Positions 26,109 through 36,056 of a stretch of 64,000 nucleotides of DNA are shown here, piece after piece (the first letter of the stretch is position 1; each line of letters begins with the position of its first letter). A program made the translations under genes and the position numbers. The notes below the pieces were generated by a model. It was given only the letters and a program-made list of their open reading frames with translations, was not told the origin of the DNA and ran no database searches. This stretch comes from Convolutriloba macropyga. Taxonomy: Eukaryota. The stretch is from NCBI RefSeq assembly GCF_964194025.1, contig NC_134473.1, forward strand, positions 72,230,001 through 72,294,000, read 5' to 3'.

Positions 26109-26621
26109 TGCAGACACTTATATAAACATTACTGAAGATGTTATTTTTCAAAAGTTGACGACAATTATTGACAAAATAGTGTTATCAAAATAACGAAGCT
26201 TAAATGAAGCAGCAATTTTTGTCAATTTGAAATTAAATTATTTTAGACTTTCAAAAGTAAGAGGACAAAAACGAGGATAAAAAGTTACTATCACCGAAAG
26301 AATTTTGTCCAGAAAAATGAATCATAAAGATTTCCTGTAGGAAAAGGTCTTCTAAAATTCATTTCTTAGACGATTCCTTAAAAAAGACGATTCCTTAAAA
26401 TTAACCGTCAAAAACTATATACTTTTTAAGTTTCTTTAGCGCGTTTTAACCTGTTTTTACAACTATTTCGGTAATGTTTCACAAATTTTCAAAAAAAAGG
26501 TCACGCGTGAAAAGGTTCTTCATAAATTTTCGTTCCAGTTAGGATTTTACAAAAACGTATTTGAGATGCCACGATATTTTGTGCAGATTTTCAGCAACTT
26601 TTACACAGAAGTGTGTTGCAG

Positions 26622-26838
26622 ATTTTGAAGTGGAGAAGGGACTTGGTTACCTGGACATAGGCGGAGGACTGTCTTTCCAGATCTACCTGTACGACCCGGC
26701 GACCACAGTGCTGACTACCCTGGACAAGTCATACTCCTTTGACATAGGACCAGGGAGGAGTTACAAAGTGGGATTGTCTACCAGATCCTTCCAGGATGCC
26801 AGTGGATTCAGTGGCTGCATACAGGAGGGAAAAGAAGG
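26622..26838 (+). CDS. DEG/ENaC exon
   Basis: ttgcag|AT completes G+AT=Asp, giving LQLMFDFEVEKGLGYLDIGGGLSFQIYLYDP...IGPGRSYKVGLS. Donor GG|gttagt, phase 2. An alternative in-phase acceptor exists at 26595. Confidence 0.8.
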
Positions 26839-27513
26839 GTTAGTTGGGCAAAAACTGCCTTCTATAATTTATAAGGTCTACGAAAACAAACATGCAGCCA
26901 ATGAGTTGTATTTAAATCATAGCCTGCTTAACTGATTAAAATACCAAAAAACGCATCATACAACCATAGCAACAATGGTGTACCCTAATCGAGGCCTGTA
27001 TACCCGTATTCCACCGCAATTAGGCGAGAATAAGGGAGTAAAGCATTTCCACTCTTAAATAGAAGGGAAAAGAGTGTAACTTCGAGGAAGTTACACTTTT
27101 TTACACTCTTTACACTCTTTACTCCACTCTTATTACACTCTTAAAAATTCCTTATGATTTTACTCTTCAGTCCAATTTTTAACAGGGAAAAAGAGGTGAA
27201 GAATTTTATTTTCACTACTCAAAGGCGTTCCAAAACCAGAGTAATGTTTTTACTGCTAGGTTTAGTGGTACCTTGAAAAACAATGCTTCCTCTTTTTTTC
27301 ATTTTGAATCACTTTCATCCAGATAAACTGAATGAGACACTTGAGAACGGGCCATCGGCCCAATAGTGCTCTCCCACAGTCAAATATGTGATTGTATTTG
27401 TACAAGTAATTGTGAAGCTACTTAATGACTGATGGAAACAATTTGCTATTATTATTATTAAGAGTGTATTTTATTTTAAAATTACACTCTTAGAAATACA
27501 CTACAATTACGCT

Positions 27514-27737
27514 GTTTAGTCCACCCCCAGTCTAGACCTCGACCTATCACAAGACCATGCTTGACCAAAAATCGGTATGATTAGACCATCCTGGACGCAA
27601 AAGAGCTATGAAAAAACTTTCTCTAGACTTTACGGATTGCCTGGAATTTCGTATAAAAGTACCCTTCTCGACAGATATTAAAAATGGAAAAAGTCTGATC
27701 ATAAAGTCGGGTCCTAGACTTGGGTGTGAACTAAACG
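27514..27737. mobile_element. Small MITE-like element in ENaC intron
   Basis: Imperfect ~40 bp inverted ends gtttagtccacccccagtctag... / ...ctagacttgggtgtgaactaaac. Confidence 0.5.
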
Positions 27738-27751
27738 GGTGACCATTGCAG

Positions 27752-27933
27752 GGTTCTGAAGTACTACAAGAAGGGTTATGCTCACATGCTATGTGTGAGT
27801 GAGTGTTTCACAGAGTCAGAAGAGGCAGAGTGTGGGTGTGTGACTGCTACCCAATATTTCTACCCAAATACCTCCACAGAATGTGGAGCGACTACCCTCA
27901 TCATGTGCCCAGTTGACCACGCCACTTTATTGG
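27752..27933 (+). CDS. DEG/ENaC exon (Cys-rich thumb domain); not in the ORF track
   Basis: ttgcag|G GTT CTG AAG... translates VLKYYKKGYAHMLCVSECFTESEEAECGCV...ECGATTLIMCP (Y..C...C.....CGC pattern). Donor G|gtaaaa; phases fit both neighbouring exons. Confidence 0.88.
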
Positions 27934-29511
27934 GTAAAAAGGCCTCCCCTTAAATGTTCTAACTTGTTCTGAATTTTAAAAAATGTTTTTATTTTGAGTT
28001 CTTGGTTATAAAACAAAAAAGACAACTGTCCCCTTTTTTGCTTTGTTTTGTTTTAAACATAGGAAAGTTGTTTGATATTAAAAGTAATATTAAAAGTTTG
28101 GTATTAATTTGATATAAAAAGTAATAAATTCGTATCGTATAATTGGTTTCAAAATTAAAATCTTTTTGCATTCTTAGATTTTAAATTCACAGAAACGTTA
28201 GTAAATTTAGATTTAAACGCAAAAAATTCCGTTTCACTGTTTATAAACATACGAATGCTTTGTCCACAATGTTTTGTGGCTGTATGCAACAAAGCTGGTT
28301 GAAAAATGGGTGTCACGTAATATATGATTTTCTACCACCGATAAATTAATTTGCTTTCCAAAAGTTGAAAGGAAAAGATCTCTCATTTCTATACGACTAA
28401 ACTATCAACAAACTTATCAACTGACGATAGAGTCGGAGAAGCATCGACAACATATTATTTAACGAAACGGTGCTTTTAGATTGACTGTTGAATTCTAAAC
28501 ACTGAAGGCGACCTGAACTGTTTTTTTTTGTCAAAGTGGAAAAACCAACAAATATTGTCGCCCAATGCGAAGAGACAAGCTGCATGAGATTTGGGATAAA
28601 AACACTTTGATCCCACCCATTGAGAGGGGAGATAGAAAACGGATGCGATATCATGTCTCAAATATCCAGGTGACAGTATCTACGGATAGAGCAAATTGCG
28701 TTTTCTCTTAGTCGAAACGGAGCATTGACAAAATTTGGGCGTAATCGATGTTAAAATGAAACGATTGTTTAGTCTTGTTCATTACGAGTGGTTTGAACCT
28801 AAAATTATGGTGCAAATTTGCATTAATCCGTAAATCAGTGTCACAACCATAATCTTAATAAATAAATGCTCAACTAAGTTACCTTTGTTAACTACTTTTA
28901 CCTCAAATTTAATTGCCAGTTTTTGAAACATATAAGCGAGAAAACGTAAGCAGAGTTCACGACAAATCAGAGTTAAAAATACTTACAGAACATTTTTATT
29001 AGACTTCACGTTCTCAACGTAAGCGTTTTGAAGTGTCCTTCTAAAATGGTAAGTAGATTTCACGCGCATTCAAAGATAGCAAGTACGCTTCATAAATTTT
29101 GGATAGCAAAATTTGCTTAGGGTGAAACGACTCATACTGTCGATTTGATAACAAAATTTTTGTCTATAATTGGCTTGATTGTCTTGAGTAAATAACTTTG
29201 TATTAAATTACACACTTGATCGAGACAATCAGTTTTTGGGAAAAGTTCTGGTAAGATTTATTGATAGTTAAAGGAAGTATGGCATATCTTGTCATCAGTG
29301 TTCTCTAAAAAAAATAGCAAAATCTTTCAAATTAGTGAAATTTTTTAGAATATTTCTAAATTTTCAGGAAAGTTTTGCATCTTTTTTTGTCTCCCTAGTT
29401 TGTTCAGAAGGTTTACGATAAATTACCCTTCAATCAATTTTAAAGCAAAAAACAGTGCTCGTTTATTAACAGAAAGTTAAAATCGTTCCACTAAAATTTT
29501 TCTAACTTTAG

Positions 29512-29894
29512 AATTGTGCATGATGAAATGTACTCCCCAATGCAGCTTCGCAAAGTATGACATGACCACGACCTCAACCAAGTTCCCCACTCGCGACTTT
29601 GCCAAATACCAGAAGTCAATCTTCGGACCGGACTCAAACATGACACATGACTACATGAGAAGAAACCTAGCCGAGCTGAGCGTAAGCATGGCAAGTCTGA
29701 CTGTGAGTCACACGACAACCCTCCCCAAATACGAGATATTCTCAACAGGAAGTGCAATGGGGGGTCTGTTTGGCCTCTTGCTCGGAGGAAGCATGATGAC
29801 CTTATACGAGGTCTCAGAGCTTATAGTCAGTGGTGTCTATCACTGTGGAAAGACCTCAGGATTTTTAACAAGGAAGCGAGTTTCACCAACTTAG
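29512..29894 (+). CDS. DEG/ENaC last exon with TM2 and selectivity filter
   Basis: tttag|AA. Encodes CTPQC...KFP...NLAEL...MGGLFGLLLGGSMMTLYE (GG..GL..GxS...E motif). Stop at 29894; AATAAA near 30021. Confidence 0.92.
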
Positions 29895-30112
29895 CTCTTA
29901 TTGACAAAAATTTATATCACATAAACATCATTAGCCGTTATTTGTTAACATTGCAAAAAAAATTGATGGAAAACTCGGATAGCCCACATCGGTATATAGA
30001 TTGTAGATGTATATATAAAATAATAAAATTTATTTTCAGTTTGTAACTTGTACAATATTTTAGTTACCTATTACTCGGAGTGACGCCGTAGCGAACAGAT
30101 GCTAGAAGGTAT

Positions 30113-30538
30113 GGTGGTGGTCAAGCAAGCCGATACGCAAGCAAGCCGAATTTTGAAAATGAGCTCAAGTAAGCCGAAAAATTTTGGGATACCCGTATTT
30201 TAAGTTGTCCCTGGCGGGCCGGTGGGCGCGCTTCGCGCGCGTCGCGGCTTCGCTGCGATAACCGGCCCGCGGTTTCCGGATTACATCCCACAGCGGATGA
30301 GAGGCATGGCCATGGACAGCGGTCCGCTAAGGCCCGTACCCACTAGATGTCTAAAAATTGACGTATTTTTGTTTCTTTAGTGCATCGGAATACATTATGC
30401 CGTATAATACTACGCGCATTATTGATTGCAAAGGCTAACAATGTATTATTTCTGATAGATTACATAACTGTTACATAACTTTCGGCTTGCTTTTCTGTCG
30501 GCTTGCTTGCCTGCCTATCGGCTTCCTTTGCGTTCGCC
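30113..30538. mobile_element. Non-autonomous DNA transposon (Mutator/Foldback-like MITE) with 9-bp TSD
   Basis: AGAAGGTAT at 30104-30112 and 30539-30547; GG...CC ends; inverted arrays of AAGC(A)AGCCGA / TCGGCTTGCTT. Confidence 0.85.
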
Positions 30539-31978
30539 AGAAGGTATAAAGTGCCTACTTTTAAATATTGCTTATCGGCTGATCAAAGTCAAAGTGTAAT
30601 TGAGGCAGGGAGGGTAATTTTCTAGCTAAAGTCTGTATCAAATCCTTGTTCTGGACGGGTCATTCGAATAAAGACGAGCACAGGAACGCTCCAAAACTTC
30701 GAAAAGTTGAATTTTGGATCATAGTTTATTTGGGTCCTCTTGGGTATGTTCATAAACAAAAGTGGCCTTGAGGAGTGTTTTCTTAGGTTATTTGAATGCT
30801 GACATCAAATTGGGATGATAATGACCTTATCCAAAATGAGAATTCTTTTGTCTATGTGACTGATGTTAACGTTCTTGTGACCAAGACCCGCTTACCAACA
30901 AAAGATGTATTGAACAGTGGAAATTTCTGATCTTCCCAAATTAGAGCATCAATTGTACCAGTATACATTAAAAAAGTTTGAGCCATATTAAAGAAATGAG
31001 TGTAAGTGTATATATATGATAGCACATTCGCGCCATTAGCTTACAATTTGTTATCGTAAAAAAGAAATTCAAAAAAGTTTAACAGTCTCACTTAACCTTG
31101 TTTGAAACAAGAGCTTTGCGATTATCTAAATCTGGTACTGAATGTACAAGGTGCCAGCAGTCTGAGGTCTTGCAACCCAACAAGTTTGACGTTTTGAACA
31201 TCTATCTGCGTGCTTCAAACTCTTTGAAGTTGTTTATAGGTAAATACATGCCAAAAAATACATATATATGATGCATAGATAAAAAAGAGTCTTATGTTTC
31301 GCAGAAAATACTTCAGAGTTATCTAATAAAAGGTCATGTGAAAAAGATCGTGTTAAATAAAAGAAATTTACGCTTTTGCTAAATGTTCTGTCTATTATCA
31401 TTTCCAATGTAGCAGCCCTCTTTATTTTGGTCATCTTCTTTTTATTTCGGAATTTATTTTTATTTGAAAATCTTGAAAATCAACGGTTCTCTAAATATGT
31501 TTGAACATAAATCTTAGCCCACTCTTGTCAGAGCCCAATCTTGTCAAACACACGCGTGTCAGAGGGCTAAGTATATGTTAGAACATAGTTCCGGGAATCC
31601 TAAGGCAACTGAAGCTCAGAACCAAGGGTGCTTGCGCCCGAGGCTGAGCTCAAATTGCGGACGGACTCCCGAAACTTTTTCAAAATTGGGTCGACCCAAA
31701 TTTTGGTGCTTTAGGTAAAAGAGTACCATAGTTTGTTAATACTGTTTGACAAATTAACACACAAAAGTACCTGGAAGAACTCACATTTTGGTTGTTGATT
31801 CAGTTGATCTAGCATAAACCTCAATCTTGAATGGATCTGGTAAAATGAAGGAAAAAATTTACCAAATAACAAGTCTCCTATAAAGAGACGTAGCTAAAGA
31901 AGATTAGCTTAAGAAACGTATGAAGCTTGCCCCCCCCCCCCCCCCCCCCCCCCCCCCAGTGGCTTCATATCATTCGCA

Positions 31979-32320
31979 GGATGTATTCTGTTTCGGCCCC
32001 ACCTTAGTGAGGTTATATTTTTTTCACCTCCAGGAGTACGTGCTATTTTCTTACATAGTAATATGCGGATCTTTTCCGTTTGTGCCCCCCCCCCCCCCCC
32101 AGTACGTTATGCGCCCCCCAGCTATAGAGCGAGTGCAATTACATAGTAAATCATCAAGTATAAATATTGCACGTGCGTCTGGGCGTGCAAATAATATGCG
32201 CCCACTAAGCTGAAGGGGGGGGGGGGCACAAACGGAAAAGATCCTAACGTGCTATGTAACAACATATAATTTGTAGCTGAGGGGCGTAAAAAACAATGCG
32301 GGGGGAACAGAATAGATCCC
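31979..32320. mobile_element. GGATC-family MITE with a second MITE (32067-32244) nested in it
   Basis: Outer ggatgtattctgttt...aacagaatagatcc; inner ggatcttttccgtttgtgccc...gggcacaaacggaaaagatcc, flanked by taatatgc/taacgtgc. Confidence 0.8.
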
Positions 32321-33034
32321 ATTCGCAACCCCCCCCCCTCAACTCACGTGCTGTATTTTTGCATGCTGATTTACTATGTAATGGACCGCACTCTGTAATT
32401 GGGGGAGGCATAACATACTGGGGTGGGGGCACAAACGGAAAAGATCCGTTTTGAGATAGAAAGCCAAGAAAGATCAAAAAGAACTGGTGGTTATTGGACT
32501 TTGCCTTCTCATGCGGTGGGGGGATGGCATGGGTCCAAATAATATGCACCAACTAAGTTGCGGGGGAGGGGGTGTCACAATCGAAAAACAACCCAAATAT
32601 GAAAACATGAGCTAAACTTTTGCAATGACTTCATAAAAGAGAAATCGGGTCTATTTTGTTTTGCCCCCCCCCCCCCCCCCCCTATTGAGCTTATGTTTTT
32701 ACGCCTTTCAAGCGCTCGTGTTTTTTACACAGTAACGTGCTATAAAACAACATATAATTTTTGGGTCTTTCCCATTATAGCACTGCTGAAGCTCAGCTCT
32801 ATTAGTGCATTTTAGAGATTTTTATTAGCAGAAAAATTGGTGTGTAGGTTGGTCGTTCTGCTAAAATTTTTGATATAATATATTCTTAGCGTCTGTTTTT
32901 CTAATAGTTAGCTTTACACGTCAAAGGCACGTGCGAGTGTACTGAAAACTCTTGGCAACGAACTTATTTATAGCAAACACACATCAGGTAAATCGTACAA
33001 GGCAATTTTTTGTTTCAAAGACCTTAAATTAGTA

Positions 33035-33193
33035 GGATCTTTTCTGTTTGTGCCACACCAGCTTAGTGTGTGCATATTATTTTCACCCCCAGACGCACGT
33101 ACTATATTTTTATATAATGATTTATTATGTAATGGCACCTGCTCTATAACGGGGGGTCATAAGGTACTGGGGGGGCAGAAACGGAGAAGATCC
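33035..33193. mobile_element. GGATC-family MITE, 8-bp TSD AATTAGTA
   Basis: TIRs ggatcttttctgtttgtgcc / ggcagaaacggagaagatcc; TSD at 33027-33034 and 33194-33201. Confidence 0.9.
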
Positions 33194-33656
33194 AATTAGT
33201 AAATTATTGTCCCTACCTTATCTGGAAAAAGACCACAACTCTTGGAAAATGTACTGGAGGGGGCGTAAACGGGTCCCATGCATGATGGAAATTGATCAGA
33301 GTGTTTGCTGTTATGGAGTTTGTTAGTTTCCAGTTCTTTTAAAATAAAATTCGGATATATAGCTCCTACCGTGTTGAGAAAATAGCGACGGAATCGTTGC
33401 AAGAAGCGTCCTTTTCCGTTGGATTTTGCAGTTTTTGTCGTTTTTTTATGTAAGAACTGTCAATTATTGTCACTTTTGTCGGTATCGGCTTTCTCGTTCT
33501 TGCAGAGGTGTTATCGGTAAAAACCGTTAAAGAATTGCCCGGATTTTAGTGCTAAAAAGCAAAATTATCTAAGATTAGCGGTGAAGGCATTGAATTTATT
33601 TAATATCTGCGCTTGAGCGTAGGTCGATCTTACATAATTTTGCCTTTCAAAGCGTA

Positions 33657-34010
33657 GTGGCGTGATAGCCGAGAAGAAAGGTGTGTGATTCAGACGCCAA
33701 TTATTGAGAGTTCAATCCTCTGCCTCCGTGCAGCTGTCTGTGCAAGGATGAGCTCTCACTTAAACATAGCTTCAGGATGACCATAGCCTGACCAATGCTG
33801 GCTGCAATAATGGTACCACGTGAAAGTCCCAGACTAAAAAAAGTGGCCATAGTCACCAAAAAAGAGCATTTATGCTCACCAAATGAACAGTCTGAGAGGT
33901 GAGGAATAATTGAAAAAGGACAGCCTGAGAACAGGCTACTGTTAATACATTGCAGACTGAAAGCCTAATGCTGCTCCGCTGCGATTACGCAAACACATTT
34001 ATTTATTTAT
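33657..34010 (+). mobile_element. tRNA-derived SINE
   Basis: A-box-like tagccgag..gg, B-box gagttcaatcct, unique body and (ATTT)n tail; does not fold into a full cloverleaf. Confidence 0.65.
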
Positions 34011-35077
34011 CTAACATATTTTAGCGTTTATTTTAGCGTTGAACTTACATAATTTTGCGTTGAATTTGGCGTAGAAGTTACATAATTATGAGTCAAATTG
34101 AAAGTGAAATTGACGTTTCTTACAATTGAAAACGAAAAAAACGCTGCTTCTTAAGTTTTAAACATACGAAAACCGACGCTTCTTACGTTTCAAAATCGAC
34201 AATAACCGATGCTTCTCATGTTCGAAATCGACGAAAACTGACGAAAACGAAGAAATAAACGTAAGGGCTTTGATTGGTTTTGGCGAAGTAGAAGCGATCA
34301 AAACCGATGAATCAATGTTCCATTACCCCCACCTTAGCGGGAATAGTAACTCTTATGCGCACAGGCGCGCGTGCTATTTTTTACATAATAACATGCTATA
34401 TAACAACACAATAACACATAAATCACTAGGGGCTGAAACAGAAGAGATCCCAAAACTCAATCCATAACCCCCCCAAAAAAAATATGGGGGGAGAGGAGGG
34501 GGGGGGGGGGGGGGGGGGGGGGGTACAATGGGAGATACCCAACATCATGTGTTTTAGTTATTAAAATTAGCCCTATTCAGTGCTAGTCTCTTCCATCAGA
34601 ATATTTTGCTTTATTTGGTGTTTGTTGAAGATAAATTTCCGAATAAATAAATATTTGATGCATTTTTCATGATATGTTGACGATGCTTTCTTATTTATAT
34701 CTATACTTTCAATTACAACACTATCTACTATAACTGCACGTGCACACATTTAGCACACATTCTACGGCTTGATTGTACAACTGTTGATGCAACGCAAAAA
34801 CATAAACAACAGATCTGTTATAATAAATTGTAAAAACATTCAAACCACGTTTATAATATCTCTTGATTTTTTTTATTCAAACTACCATCAAAAAGATAAC
34901 TGCTATTGATTGACATATTCTATTTCCACATATTAGCAAAACAGACCTTCTAAGCAGCGTTAAACTAAAATTGGAAACATTTAAAATTTATTATAAAAAA
35001 ATCAAAATAGCGAAATTCACTAGCTGTTAATTTGACATCAATATAAGTATAAACTAGTAATATAAAAACTGTTAATT

Positions 35078-35251
35078 ATGGAGCGGAAAGGGACGATGTT
35101 CCTGAGGGCAGACCATAATGAGTATGACCTGACAAAGACACACGTGTCCAACTGGAGTCAGATGCGGAGTCATACCCTAAAGACTATGACGTCAAAAAGG
35201 ACAGACCATGGAATCTCAAAAGGGCTACCTATAATCACATGTCCAATCTCG
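35078..35251 (+). CDS. CFAP95: CFAP95/C9orf135-like ciliary microtubule inner protein, exon 1 (1-nt frameshift at ~35167)
   Basis: MERKGTMFLRADH...SNW, then in the shifted frame RESYPKDYD...ATYNHM, resembling the recalled CFAP95 ERKGSL.LR..H...W...RE..PK.YD...STY. Donor G|gtaaga is in phase with the next exon only after the shift. Confidence 0.75.
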
Positions 35252-35558
35252 GTAAGAGACAATGATCATTTTTGGAACTGCTTCCTTAGGACTCCCGCCA
35301 GCCACCCCCACCCCCCCCCCCCCCCCGCCCCCCACGAAATTTATGGTTACGGTAATTGGGAGAAGGGGCTATCTATGACTACTAAGCCAGGGGGCTAGAA
35401 TTATAGAGACCATCCCTTGCAGCATTTATAATTGAGGGAGGTCTTTCCCATCTTCTTACAATAAAAAACAATGAGATTGAAAACAGATCCCAAATCTATT
35501 CTTTCGGCTCCGCGGAATTGTGGGCATATAATTTTTACTCTTCCAAGGCACACATGCT

Positions 35559-35758
35559 NNNNNNNNNNNNNNNNNNNNNNNNNNNNNNNNNNNNNNNNNN
35601 NNNNNNNNNNNNNNNNNNNNNNNNNNNNNNNNNNNNNNNNNNNNNNNNNNNNNNNNNNNNNNNNNNNNNNNNNNNNNNNNNNNNNNNNNNNNNNNNNNNN
35701 NNNNNNNNNNNNNNNNNNNNNNNNNNNNNNNNNNNNNNNNNNNNNNNNNNNNNNNNNN
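35559..35758. other. Assembly gap (200 N)
   Basis: Run of N. Confidence 1.
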
Positions 35759-35901
35759 ATGGTGAAAAATTGAAACGGTTTTTTATTCAAATTGTCAAGC
35801 CCTTCAGCAACGTCAAAACGAACAACAACACAAACCAAACACACCAACATTATTGATTTATTAACTTTATTATTAATTTAATGATTAATTGTTAATATTT
35901 G

Positions 35902-36056
35902 GGATCTTTTCCGTTTGTGCCCCCCAGTACGTTGTGCCCCCCAGTTACAGAGCACGTGCCATTACATAGTAAATCATTGTAAAAATATTGCACGTAGGTC
36001 TGGGGGCGCAAATATTATGGGGCCACTAAGCTGGGGGGCACAAACGGAAAAGATCC
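35902..36056. mobile_element. GGATC-family MITE, perfect TIRs, 8-bp TSD AATATTTG
   Basis: ggatcttttccgtttgtgcccccc ... ggggggcacaaacggaaaagatcc; TSD at 35894-35901 and 36057-36064. Confidence 0.95.

Larger units (their letters stand above)
6699..26133. mobile_element. Integrated concatemer of a compact Polinton-like (pPolB + ATPase) element: unit A ~8329-14838, unit B ~14845-19209 (internally deleted), unit C ~19216-26133
   Basis: Three homologous gene cassettes, A inverted relative to B and C. Outer ends are AGTAATGT... and ...ACATTACT, flanked by GAAGAC (6693-6698) and GAAGAT (26134-26139). Visibly more AT-rich than the flanks. Confidence 0.85.

Noticed and set aside
31920-32552. Proline-rich ORFs
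   Set aside because: Translations of poly-C tracts in MITEs.
35401-35856. ORFs spanning the N run
   Set aside because: Artefacts of the assembly gap.
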